Shown in pieces: positions 18,799 to 28,139 of a stretch of 64,000 nucleotides of DNA. The notes below the pieces were generated by a model, which searched no databases, was not told where the DNA came from, and saw only the letters and a list, made by a program, of their open reading frames with translations. The translations under genes were made by a program, and so were the position numbers. Source of the stretch: a virus. The DNA is taken from positions 96,001 to 160,000 of IMG/VR virus record IMGVR_UViG_3300032156_000001; one strand, 5' to 3'. Every line of letters begins with the position of its first letter. Positions within the stretch are counted from its first letter, which is position 1.

Positions 18799-19050
18799 AT
18801 GGCGACCGCGCTGAACGCCGGCCGCGGCTTCACGAGCCGCAAGTTCATCGTAGTCATCGTGGCGCTGGTGTGCTTCACCGTCCTGGCGTACTCGATGATC
18901 ATGCCGATAGAGCTGTACGCGGACCTGGTGACGTGGCTGCTGATCGCGTACATGGCCGTCGAGGGCGGCGGGGACGCCATCAGCCGCACGAAATGGGCCC
19001 GGCCGACGGAGCTGATGCCGCCCAAGGACGCGCCGCCGCCCAAGCCTTGA
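18799..19050 (+). CDS. Small two-TM membrane protein, holin-like
   Basis: TSRKF followed by two hydrophobic segments and Y...EG..D; GGAGG RBS. Confidence 0.6.
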   Translation: MATALNAGRGFTSRKFIVVIVALVCFTVLAYSMIMPIELYADLVTWLLIAYMAVEGGGDAISRTKWARPTELMPPKDAPPPKP

Positions 19051-19075
19051 CTTTTCGGCACCGCGCGCGAACAAT
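19047..19075 (+). promoter_or_regulatory. Sigma70-like promoter
   Basis: TTGACT-N17-AACAAT upstream of 19105. Confidence 0.55.
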
Positions 19076-19104
19076 GCGGGGGGACGACAAAGGAGGCCGA
19101 CGCC

Positions 19105-19986
19105 ATGCCGTTCAAGTCGAAGTCGCAGTGGCATAAGTTCTTCGCGATGGCCAACCGCGGGGAGATCTCCGAGGGAAAGGCGAAAGAGTGGGCAGAAGAG
19201 ACCAAGACGCCCTTCAAGAGCCTGCCGGAAAAGAAGAAGGAGAAGGCCGAGAAGAAGTCCGCCGCCGACGTCTCCAGGGCCGCCCAGATAGCGGAAGGCA
19301 CGCCGATGGAGAAGAAGGAGCACGGTGTCGGCACCGCCGCGGCCAGGCAGATCGCTACCGATCACGTCGATGAGCATCCCGGCAAGGATGTCTACGGCGA
19401 GTTGAAGAAAGTGGACGCGAAGCTGGAGAAGAAGGAGGCGAGCCAAGTGGACAACTTCGAGAAGGTGCGCGCGCTGCTGGCCAAGGCGGCCGAAGGCCTG
19501 ATGCCCGAACAGGAAGACGGCGTCACGGGGTCCATGGGGCCCGGGGCCGCCGCGCCGGGTATCTGGTCGCAGCTGGCGCAGGCGCTCGGCGGGGCCGGCG
19601 AGTCCATCAAGGGCATGGCCAGCAAGGGCCTCGGGTTCGCGAAGAGCCTGCCCGGCAAGTTCGAGGCGATGCCCGGCTGGCAGAAAGGCCTGGCGGGGGC
19701 CGGCGTCGGCGGAGCGGGAGTGCTCGGCGGGGTCGGCCTGTACAGCCTGATCCGGCACATCCTGGCCAACCGCGCGGAGAAGGAAGGCGCGGCGCACGAC
19801 CTGCCCTGCGGCGGCTTCGCGGACGGCTTCCTGTCCTACTGCATCGATAACAAGCTGACCGACGACCAGACGCTGGAGCTGCTCGAGAAGGGCGCGGCGC
19901 TGGAAGGGCCGGCCGGCGAGGAGCTCGTCGACCTGGCCGGCCAGTTGGCCAAGGTGGGCATGCAGAAGGCGGCGGAGACGAAGTGA
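19105..19986 (+). CDS. Putative virion (head-internal) protein, composite; contains DUF5661-like segment
   Basis: MPFKSKSQ...W...T...LPEKK N-terminus; EG...EHG...ARQIATDH.DEHP..Y segment; Gly-zipper stretch; several KxA motifs. Confidence 0.7.
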   Translation: MPFKSKSQWHKFFAMANRGEISEGKAKEWAEETKTPFKSLPEKKKEKAEKKSAADVSRAAQIAEGTPMEKKEHGVGTAAARQIATDHVDEHPGKDVYGELKKVDAKLEKKEASQVDNFEKVRALLAKAAEGLMPEQEDGVTGSMGPGAAAPGIWSQLAQALGGAGESIKGMASKGLGFAKSLPGKFEAMPGWQKGLAGAGVGGAGVLGGVGLYSLIRHILANRAEKEGAAHDLPCGGFADGFLSYCIDNKLTDDQTLELLEKGAALEGPAGEELVDLAGQLAKVGMQKAAETK

Positions 19987-20357
19987 CGCCGGCCAGGATC
20001 CTCTCCTACAAGGCCGGCTTCCTGCGCAAGCTCGCGGAAGCCGGCGTCCTGCCCTCCGAGGCCATGGCCGCCGTGAAGGTAGCGGCGGGCAAGCCGGAGG
20101 GCGGCGGGGGCGGCATGCCGTCCATAAGCAAGGCGCTCGGCCAGCTGGCGTCCCTGGCGCCGTCGGCCGTGAAGGGGACCGCCGCGGTGGCCGTCGGCGC
20201 ACCCTTGGCCCTGGGCGCCGGCGCGGGCGCGCTGGACGCCGTCATGGACGCGCCGGTGCTCGACGCGGACATGCTGCACAAGATGGAGCTCATGGCCGCG
20301 TACCGGCAGGCGACGAAGGAGATCCTTAACCGGCAGGCGGCGCGCAAGGGCGGGTAG
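19983..20357 (+). CDS. Hypothetical virion-module protein
   Basis: GTGA coupling with the upstream gene; hydrophobic Ala/Gly stretch. Confidence 0.7.
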   Translation: MTPARILSYKAGFLRKLAEAGVLPSEAMAAVKVAAGKPEGGGGGMPSISKALGQLASLAPSAVKGTAAVAVGAPLALGAGAGALDAVMDAPVLDADMLHKMELMAAYRQATKEILNRQAARKGG

Positions 20358-20372
20358 CCGCGAAGGAGCGAC

Positions 20373-20822
20373 ATGCCTGACGAGCCGTCCGCGGCCAGCA
20401 GCAGCGCGGAACAGGAAGTGCGGCCCGTCGGCGTCGCCGAAAGCGCCGACTCCCTTCCCGATGAAGTCGAGCGCCCGCCGCTCCCTGCGCACCTGCTCGA
20501 TCCCGCCAACGTGCTCGGCAAGGAATCCGTCCTGCCCGGCATGGACGGCCTGCCGTTCAGGGGGCCGATCCCCGACCTGCGCGAGACGGACCCCGACCAC
20601 ATGCGCCCGCAGGTGGGTTACGGGGCGCACGTGCAGCTGTTCGTGCTGAGCAAGCCGAAGGACTTGGCGTATTACCAGCAGGTGATCCAGCTCATGGCGA
20701 ACGGGTTCGCGGTGATGGGCGCCGAGGACAGGGTCTACGATAAGGACATCAAGTCGTGGCGGATACTGCTGCGCTGGTACGAGCAGTTCGCCACCATGAA
20801 GCCGAGGGGCATGGTCCCGTAG
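20373..20822 (+). CDS. Hypothetical protein (149 aa)
   Basis: AAGGAG RBS; codon bias. Confidence 0.75.
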   Translation: MPDEPSAASSSAEQEVRPVGVAESADSLPDEVERPPLPAHLLDPANVLGKESVLPGMDGLPFRGPIPDLRETDPDHMRPQVGYGAHVQLFVLSKPKDLAYYQQVIQLMANGFAVMGAEDRVYDKDIKSWRILLRWYEQFATMKPRGMVP

Positions 20823-20830
20823 GGGGCGCC

Positions 20831-21754
20831 GTGGGAAAGATAGCCGAACGGCTGATAGCGATGGGCCTGGCCAAGAAGGCCGAACCGCCCGACTGGGAGG
20901 GCCGCCTGTCGGAGCAGGAGGACCGCCTTCGCCAGATCATGCCGCCGTCGAGGGACGAGGCGCAGGCGGAGGCCAAGACGCGCATCGACGCCATGCGCCG
21001 CAAGGCGTACATCCTCGGCTACGCGATGCGCGGCCAGCACGCGCCCAAGGCGGAGCAGCAGCTGGCCGAGCTGTCCGGCGCGATACAGCCGCAGCAGGAG
21101 ACCGTGGAAGTTCCGGCCGTGAAGGCCGGTGAGGACAAGAAGGCACTGCTGGGCCCGATCATCGAGCCCATCCAGGCGCTGCTGCAGTCCGCGCGGCACA
21201 CGGTGCCCATGAATGCGCGGCTGGCGCTCCAGGGGCCGACGGCCGTGACCGCCGACCCCACCACGCTGCCCGGCTACGGCGCGCAGGCTTCCGGCGCGGT
21301 CGCGAGCGGCTTCCAGGAGGGCGTCGGCCACGCCACCGAGGACATGAAGAAGGACATCCACGGCAAGCTCGACACTGAGCTGGCCCAGGCGAAGACCGAG
21401 TTCGAGGCCGCCATGGCCAGCGAGACCGCCGGCGCCAAGGAGGCGGGCGAGCTGGGCCGGCTGCTCGACAAGGCCGCGGCGGAGAAGTCCGCCGAGGGCG
21501 AGCTGAACAAGCTGCTCAACCTCTACCTGGCTGCGGCGGGCCTCGTCGGCGCCGCCGGCCACGCCGCCGGGCGCAGCGCCGTGGCGGGCAGGCTGCCGGA
21601 ATACGCGCGCGCCAAGGCGATCAAGGACCTGGCGCGCCAGCGCACGCAGGAGGCGCCGGTCCTCATCGCGCCGCAGAAGGAGCTCGCCCTGGACGAACCC
21701 GACGCCGGCGAAGAGGAACCCGAGCCGGCCGTCACGCAGCCGGTAACGGCATGA
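20831..21754 (+). CDS. Hypothetical virion-module protein with hydrophobic Gly/Ala segment
   Basis: GTG start after AGGGGG, in the frame of track ORF 20756..21754. Confidence 0.7.
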   Translation: MGKIAERLIAMGLAKKAEPPDWEGRLSEQEDRLRQIMPPSRDEAQAEAKTRIDAMRRKAYILGYAMRGQHAPKAEQQLAELSGAIQPQQETVEVPAVKAGEDKKALLGPIIEPIQALLQSARHTVPMNARLALQGPTAVTADPTTLPGYGAQASGAVASGFQEGVGHATEDMKKDIHGKLDTELAQAKTEFEAAMASETAGAKEAGELGRLLDKAAAEKSAEGELNKLLNLYLAAAGLVGAAGHAAGRSAVAGRLPEYARAKAIKDLARQRTQEAPVLIAPQKELALDEPDAGEEEPEPAVTQPVTA

Positions 21755-21764
21755 GGAGGGGCGG

Positions 21765-24700
21765 ATGCCCGACAGCGACCTTCCGCTCGGCCTCCCGGCC
21801 GCCCAGCCGCTCCAGTTGCGCCGCTTCGACGACCACCACGCCGCGCGCGTCAATATCCTGAACGGCGTCGTGTCGGCGCTGCAGGAGAAGTATCCCGTCG
21901 AGAACGAGCGGTACAGGTTGGAGCTTTCCGGCCTGCACTACAAGCAGCCCAACAGCTACTCGCTGGAGGAGCAGAAGAAGGCGATCATCCACGGCGACTC
22001 GCTGCACGCCAAGCTGCACGGCACGTGGGCGCTGATTGACAAGGCCAGCGGCAAGCCGGTAGACACCAAGGAGACCGTCGTGGCGCACGTGCCGTGGCTG
22101 ACCGAGCGCGGCACGCTCATCCACAACGGGTCCGAGTATTTAATAAGTTCGCAATTCCGTTTGAAGCCCGGCGTCTACTCGCGCATGAAGGACAACGGCA
22201 TCCTGGAGGCCCACGTCAACGTGAAGCCCGGGACCGGGCCGTCCTTCCGCGTCTACATGGAGCCGGAGACCGGCGTGTTCCGCATGGCGGTCGGGCAGTC
22301 CACGCTGAAGCTCTACCCGATCCTGCGATCCATGGGCGTGTCCGACAAGGAGCTGCGCGACGCCTGGGGCGAGGAGCTGCTGCACAAGAACGTCGAGGCC
22401 GAGGACCCGCGCGCGGTAGGCCGCGCGTTCGCGAAGCTGGTCGAGAAGCCCGTCGAGGAAGGGCACCCGACGATCGTGTCTGCCGCGATGCCGGAGCTGC
22501 CGAAGGCGGCCAGCGAGACGCCCGAGACGGTCAAGAAGCTGCAGAAGATCGTCGATGCGCACAAACTTAAAGGCGGATATGGCGACGTTGCCTGGGACGA
22601 GGAGACCGGCGAGACCCACCTGTCCGTCGGCGACTGGCACGAGCAGGAAGACTATGCCGGGCTTGAGAAGGCCATCAAGGCCGTCCCGGGCGTGAAGAAG
22701 TTCCAGGTCGAGGCGGAAATAGGTCCGCCCGACGGCTGGTGGGCCGTCAACCACGGTCGTGAGCCGAAGATCTGGCACAAGCCGAAGCCGCGCGATCCCG
22801 AGCAGGAAGCCGCATTCATGGCCAGCCTCGACGGGCCGCCGCTCAAGATTGTCGGGCAGACGCTCAAGGAGGCCCAGGCGCCGATCGGCCAGAAGACCAC
22901 GGACCGCAAGTGGAAGTACCTGTGGTTCCACGGCGAGCTGTACACGAACCCGCCCGACAAGGAGCACCCGGATCCGTGGGTGCTGCTGAAGGTCCACAAG
23001 GGCCTGCCGCAGGCCGCCTATGCCACGCTGAAGGGCGAGGGCGTCGACTGCGAGCCGCACTACGACGACCCGCACGTCTCCGTCCTGCGCGGCGAGGAAG
23101 TCCGCGAGCTCATAAAGAAGTATGGCGACCAGTGGCAAGGCGCGGCCAAGATCGGTCAGAAGATGCGCTTCCGCCTGAGCAAGATCGTCAGCCTCGTGCC
23201 GGGCGGCTGGCCGGAGATGGACCGCGTGTGGTTCATCGAGGTAGAGTCGCCCGAGCTGGAGGAGTACCGGAAGGACCTCGGCTTCCGCAATCTGCCGCTC
23301 CAGCCGAAGACTGGCAACGAGGTCAGGTTCCATGTCACTTTCGCCGTGAAGCCGAACGTCGCGAGCAAGGCCGCCGCGGCGCTGACCGAGCCGCCCGAGG
23401 AAGGGGCGACGGCGCCGGCGGTCAAGCCGCCCGGCGAGGAAGGCCGGAAGATCCTGCACGCGCTCCAGCAGATGGAGCTCGACCCCGACGTCACGGAGTC
23501 GACGCTAGGCGAGCGGCACGTGAACGTGACGCCGAAGATGATGGTCCGGGCGACAAAGAAGCTGCTGGGCATCCAGAAGGGGACCGAGGAGACCGACGAC
23601 CGCGACTCGCTGGCCTACCAGACGCTGCACTCGCCGGAGGACTTCTTCGCGGAGCGGATCAGGCGCGATGCCGGCGGGCTGGGCAGGCGGATGCTGTGGC
23701 ACGCGACCAGGAAGGGCAACCTCGACTACGTCCAGAGCGGCGCGCTGACGCCGCAGATGCACGCCGTCCTGCTGAGCAGCGGGCTGGCCGCCGCGGCCGA
23801 GGAAACGAACCCGCTCGAGCTGGCCGATCAGCATCATCGCGTCGTGCGCACGGGCGAGGGAGGGATGTCGTGTTATTCGGAAGATACCGAAGTGCTAACG
23901 ATAGAAGGATGGAAACACTGGGGAACCGTCGTCGCTGCTGACGAACTTGCCTGTCGGGTGAACGGTCGGTTGGAGTTCCACCGACCGACGCGTCTTTTTA
24001 GCGGCGCATATCGCGGAAAGCTCTTATCTGCCGATACCCGGGTGATCAACTACGCGGTTACTCCGGATCATAGGGTGTTCGTGTCTTGGGATACGACGAC
24101 GGCCGGCCACGAATCGGTTCGGTCTCCGTTCCGGTTTCGGCCGGCTTTCGATATCCACGGCAAAAGAGTGCGGCATTTGGTTTCCGCTGAACCGTATCTG
24201 GGTGGCAGCCGGCCGGACAAACACGTTTTGCCGCCTGCGCCCGTTGACCGGGAAAACGCAGGATCCGCGAGAAGAGAGGCACTAGAGCTTGATTTTCTGG
24301 ACTGGGTGGAGTTCCTCGGTTGCTACCTGGCTGACGGCAGTTTCAGGTACGATGGCGACCGGCACGAATACCGAACGGAAGTTGGGAAAGTCCGATCATT
24401 GAATCCTGGCGAATACGCTACGATTGACGCCGTTTTGCGCCGATTGGGATTCACTTACAGATATGAGCAGAATCGTCGGTTTATCGTTCACGGGAAACAT
24501 CTGGCACACTACTTGTCGAAGTTTGGTAAAGCATGGACGAAGTACGTGCCGGAATACGTGATGCGCGGCGATATAGAAACGCGAAAGCGTTTCTTCTTTG
24601 CCATAACGACGATGGATCACACGGCGGCGTGCCCTGGACTGTCCTTCAAATATATGTCCGCTTCACCTAAGCTGGCCGAGCAGGTGGCTTGGCTGGCTGT

Positions 24701-27700
24701 TTCTCTCGGATACGCAGTTCACTACCTGACTCGCGTCAACCACAACAGGACCAATCCGATACATGTCATTCATATTTCTGAAGCCTCGGAAAGTCTCGTC
24801 TATCGGCAACACGCCGGCTTGCAGTATCGTGAACTTGATTATGCTGGAACGGTCTATTGCGCGTCTGTTCCTGGGGAGCTGGTATTTATACGTAGACACG
24901 GAAAAACGATGTGGTGTGGCAACTCCTTAGATGCAGTCCCCGAGGAGGCCAGGGTGGTGCAGCCGTCCCACTTCGGCTTCGTCGATCCGAGCCGCGCGCC
25001 CGAATCTGCAAGAATGGGTTTGGACAGCAGGATCGCCCACGGCGCGCTGCGCGGCAGCGACGGCCAGGTCCATGCGCCGATGCTGGACCTGAAGACCGGC
25101 AAGACCGAACTAGTGTCCGCGGCGCAGGCCGTCAAGAGCGTGGTCGCGTTCCCCGGCGAGATGGCCAGGACCGGCGCCACCGCCCGCGCCATGGTGCGCG
25201 GCAAGCGCATCGAGAACGTGCCGAAGGGCGAGGTGGACTTCGAGCTGCCCCACCACGCGCACATGTTCTCCGGGGTGACGAACCTCGTCCCCATGGCCGG
25301 CGCGCTGAAGGGCGGCCGGCTCATGATGGGCGCGAAGTTCTTCAGCCAGGCGCTGCCGCTCCAGCACAGCGAGGCGCCGCTGGTCCAGAACCTGTCGCCG
25401 GACGGCCGCAGCTTCGACGAGATCATGGGCGAGAAGGTCGGCGCGGTGCGGGCGGCCAAGCGCGGCGTCGTTATCGGCATCGACAAGAACAAGGTCCTCG
25501 TCCGCGAGGAGGGCGGCGGCAAGCGCGAGTACCCGCTGTACGACAACTTCGTCTTCAACAGGCGCACCGCGATCCACAACACGCCCGCCGTCGGCATCGG
25601 CGAGACGGTCGAGCCGGGCGCGCTGCTGGCCAGGAGCAACTATACGGACGCCAAGGGCGACACGGCGGTCGGGCTGAACTTGCGGACCGCGTACATGCCG
25701 TTCAAGGGCCTGAACTACGAGGACGCCGTCGTCATCAGCGAGAGCGCCGCCCAGCGGCTCAGCTCCGAGCACATGTTCCAGCGGACGCTCGAGAAGGACG
25801 ACCGCGACATGGAGTTCGGCAAGAAGCCGTTCATGTCGGTCTTCCCGGCCAAGTACGTCAAGGACCAGCTGGGCCGGATGGACGAGCACGGCGTGGTCAG
25901 ACCCGGGACCGTCGTGAAGAAGGGCGACCCGCTGATCCTCGGCATGGAGAAGACGCGGTTCACGCACACGCACCGCGGCCACAAGCCCATCTACACCGAC
26001 GCGTCGGAGACGTGGGACCACGAGGCGGACGGCACCGTCACGGACGTGTCGCCCACCAAGGGCGGCGGCTGGAACGTCACCGTGAAGACGTACCTGCCGG
26101 CGCAGACGGGCGACAAGCTGGCCGCGCGGTTCGGCGACAAGGGCGTCATCTCCGAGGTGATGCCGGACCACCAAATGCCGCACGACTCGCAGGGCAGGCC
26201 CATCGAGCTGTGCCTGAACCCGCTGGGGGTCATCAGCCGCGGCAACCCCGCGCAGGTCTACGAGGCGCTGCTGGGCAAGATCGCCCGGAAGACCGGGCGC
26301 GCGTACGTGGTGCCGTCCTTCCGAAACGGCAGCTGGATCGACTTCGTCCAGGGCGAGCTGCGCAAGAACGGCCTGAGCGACACGGAGGACCTGACCGACC
26401 CCTCGACGGGGACGAAGATCCCCGGCGTCCTGACCGGCGAGCGCTTCATGATGAAGCTGCACCATACCGCCGAGTCGAAGGGCAAGGGCAGGGACGTCGG
26501 CAGCTACACGTCGGAGGGGCTGCCCGCCATAGGGAGCAAGCGGATAGGCCAGATGGAGACCAGCGCGCTGGTCTCGCACAACGTCATGGACGTGCTCAAG
26601 GACGCCAAGCTGGTCCGCGGCCAGAGGAACGACGACTACTGGCGCGAGTTCCGCATGGGCAACGTGCCCGCGTCGCCGCAGACGCCGCTGGTCTACAGGA
26701 AGTTCCTGGCCAGCCTCACGGGCGCCGGCATCAACGTGAAGAAGGAGGGCAACAAGCTCAACCTGTTCGCCCTGACGGACAAGGACGTCGACAAGCTCAG
26801 CGCCGGCGAGGTCAAGGCCCCGCATACCGTCGCCGGCAACGATCTCGCGGAGATAGAGGGCGGCCTGTTCGACAAGGGGCTAACGGGCGGGCATGGCGGT
26901 TCGCGGTGGAGCCACGTGAATCTCGACGAGCCGACGCCCAACCCCGTCATGGAGGAGCCCACTCGCAGGCTGCTCGGCATGACGCAGAAGCAGTTCGAGG
27001 CGGCCATCTCGGCGCGCGGCGGCCAGGGGATCAAGGACGCGCTCTCGAAGATGGACGTGGACCGCGAGATCACTCGGTACGAGGACGAGGTCAAGACGGG
27101 CGCGCGGTCGCGGCGCGATAACGCCGTGAAGTGCCTCGGCTATCTTGAGGCCATGCGGACGCAGGGTTACAAGCCGGAAGAGCTGGTGATGTCGAAGGTC
27201 CCCGTCCTGCCGCCGGGCATGCGCCCCATCGTCCCGTTCCAGGGCAGGCCGCTGGTGTCGGACCCGAACTATCTGTACCGCGACCTGATGCACGCGAACC
27301 AGGATCTGAAGGACGCGAAGGGCGAGCTCGGCGCGGAGCGCGCCGGCGCAGAGCGGCTACGGCTGTACAACGCCTTCAAGGCGGTGACCGGCCTGGGCGA
27401 CCCCGTGCAGGCGAAGACCCGCGAGGCCAACGTGCGCGGCCTGCTGGCGCACGTGTTCGGGACCGGCGGACCCAAGACTTCGATGTTCCAGCGTCGTGTC
27501 CTCAGCACGCCGGTGGACGTGGTCGGGCGCGCGGTCATCACGCCGAACCCGCAGCTGTCGATGGACCAGGTCGGCCTGCCCGAGGAGAAGGCCTGGACGA
27601 TCTACAGACCGTTCATAACCCGCAGGCTGATCCGGCGCGGCATGCCCGCCACCGAGGCCGCGCGCGCCGTGGCGGACAGGCACCCCACGGCGAAGAACGC

Positions 27701-28139
27701 GCTGCTGGAGGAGATGCAGGCCCGGCCCGTCCTCATCAACCGCGCGCCGACGCTGCACAAGTACGGCTTCATGGCGGCGTGGCCGACGCTGGTGAAGGGC
27801 GACACGCTGCAGATCTCGCCGGTGGTGACGCCGGGCTTCGGCGCGGACTTCGACGGCGACGCGATGAACTACCACGTGCCGGTGTCCGACGCCGCCGTCC
27901 GCGAGGCCAAGGAGAAGATGCTGCCGTCGGCGAACTTGCGCGACGTCCGCGGGTTCAAGCTGCACTACCTGCCTCGACACGAGTTCCTGCTTGGGCTATA
28001 CTTGGCCAGCACGGCGGACAACCGCAACGAGCCGCGGTCGTTCCGCACGAGACAGGACGCGCTGCGCGCCTACCGCCGCGGCGAGCTCGGGCTTGGCGAC
28101 CGCGTGGCCACGCTGGACGAAGGGGAGAAGAAGAAATGA
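21765..28139 (+). CDS. Multi-subunit RNA polymerase: fused beta + beta' N-terminal half, with intein and inserted domains
   Basis: Beta motifs: GTLIHNGSEYLISSQ, GLNLRTAYMPFKGLNYEDA, GDKLAARFGDKGVIS, LNPLGVISRGN, MMKLHH, KRIGQME. Beta' motifs: GEVKAPHTV, VPVLPPGMRP, VDVVGRAVIT, LINRAPTLH, catalytic GADFDGD (27840-27860). Confidence 0.95.
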   Translation: MPDSDLPLGLPAAQPLQLRRFDDHHAARVNILNGVVSALQEKYPVENERYRLELSGLHYKQPNSYSLEEQKKAIIHGDSLHAKLHGTWALIDKASGKPVDTKETVVAHVPWLTERGTLIHNGSEYLISSQFRLKPGVYSRMKDNGILEAHVNVKPGTGPSFRVYMEPETGVFRMAVGQSTLKLYPILRSMGVSDKELRDAWGEELLHKNVEAEDPRAVGRAFAKLVEKPVEEGHPTIVSAAMPELPKAASETPETVKKLQKIVDAHKLKGGYGDVAWDEETGETHLSVGDWHEQEDYAGLEKAIKAVPGVKKFQVEAEIGPPDGWWAVNHGREPKIWHKPKPRDPEQEAAFMASLDGPPLKIVGQTLKEAQAPIGQKTTDRKWKYLWFHGELYTNPPDKEHPDPWVLLKVHKGLPQAAYATLKGEGVDCEPHYDDPHVSVLRGEEVRELIKKYGDQWQGAAKIGQKMRFRLSKIVSLVPGGWPEMDRVWFIEVESPELEEYRKDLGFRNLPLQPKTGNEVRFHVTFAVKPNVASKAAAALTEPPEEGATAPAVKPPGEEGRKILHALQQMELDPDVTESTLGERHVNVTPKMMVRATKKLLGIQKGTEETDDRDSLAYQTLHSPEDFFAERIRRDAGGLGRRMLWHATRKGNLDYVQSGALTPQMHAVLLSSGLAAAAEETNPLELADQHHRVVRTGEGGMSCYSEDTEVLTIEGWKHWGTVVAADELACRVNGRLEFHRPTRLFSGAYRGKLLSADTRVINYAVTPDHRVFVSWDTTTAGHESVRSPFRFRPAFDIHGKRVRHLVSAEPYLGGSRPDKHVLPPAPVDRENAGSARREALELDFLDWVEFLGCYLADGSFRYDGDRHEYRTEVGKVRSLNPGEYATIDAVLRRLGFTYRYEQNRRFIVHGKHLAHYLSKFGKAWTKYVPEYVMRGDIETRKRFFFAITTMDHTAACPGLSFKYMSASPKLAEQVAWLAVSLGYAVHYLTRVNHNRTNPIHVIHISEASESLVYRQHAGLQYRELDYAGTVYCASVPGELVFIRRHGKTMWCGNSLDAVPEEARVVQPSHFGFVDPSRAPESARMGLDSRIAHGALRGSDGQVHAPMLDLKTGKTELVSAAQAVKSVVAFPGEMARTGATARAMVRGKRIENVPKGEVDFELPHHAHMFSGVTNLVPMAGALKGGRLMMGAKFFSQALPLQHSEAPLVQNLSPDGRSFDEIMGEKVGAVRAAKRGVVIGIDKNKVLVREEGGGKREYPLYDNFVFNRRTAIHNTPAVGIGETVEPGALLARSNYTDAKGDTAVGLNLRTAYMPFKGLNYEDAVVISESAAQRLSSEHMFQRTLEKDDRDMEFGKKPFMSVFPAKYVKDQLGRMDEHGVVRPGTVVKKGDPLILGMEKTRFTHTHRGHKPIYTDASETWDHEADGTVTDVSPTKGGGWNVTVKTYLPAQTGDKLAARFGDKGVISEVMPDHQMPHDSQGRPIELCLNPLGVISRGNPAQVYEALLGKIARKTGRAYVVPSFRNGSWIDFVQGELRKNGLSDTEDLTDPSTGTKIPGVLTGERFMMKLHHTAESKGKGRDVGSYTSEGLPAIGSKRIGQMETSALVSHNVMDVLKDAKLVRGQRNDDYWREFRMGNVPASPQTPLVYRKFLASLTGAGINVKKEGNKLNLFALTDKDVDKLSAGEVKAPHTVAGNDLAEIEGGLFDKGLTGGHGGSRWSHVNLDEPTPNPVMEEPTRRLLGMTQKQFEAAISARGGQGIKDALSKMDVDREITRYEDEVKTGARSRRDNAVKCLGYLEAMRTQGYKPEELVMSKVPVLPPGMRPIVPFQGRPLVSDPNYLYRDLMHANQDLKDAKGELGAERAGAERLRLYNAFKAVTGLGDPVQAKTREANVRGLLAHVFGTGGPKTSMFQRRVLSTPVDVVGRAVITPNPQLSMDQVGLPEEKAWTIYRPFITRRLIRRGMPATEAARAVADRHPTAKNALLEEMQARPVLINRAPTLHKYGFMAAWPTLVKGDTLQISPVVTPGFGADFDGDAMNYHVPVSDAAVREAKEKMLPSANLRDVRGFKLHYLPRHEFLLGLYLASTADNRNEPRSFRTRQDALRAYRRGELGLGDRVATLDEGEKKK
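22900..23360 (+). other. 2H-phosphoesterase-like domain inserted in the RNAP beta moiety (approximate bounds)
   Basis: Two HxS/T motifs: PHVSV (~23070) and FHVTF (~23328), about 86 aa apart. Confidence 0.7.
23871..24923 (+). mobile_element. Intein (351 aa) with LAGLIDADG-type homing endonuclease
   Basis: Starts CYSEDTEVLT, ends RRHGKTMWCGN followed by Ser; FLGCYLADGSF block; visibly lower GC; removal restores the GEGGMS-SLDAVPEEAR..PSHFG beta motif. Confidence 0.92.
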
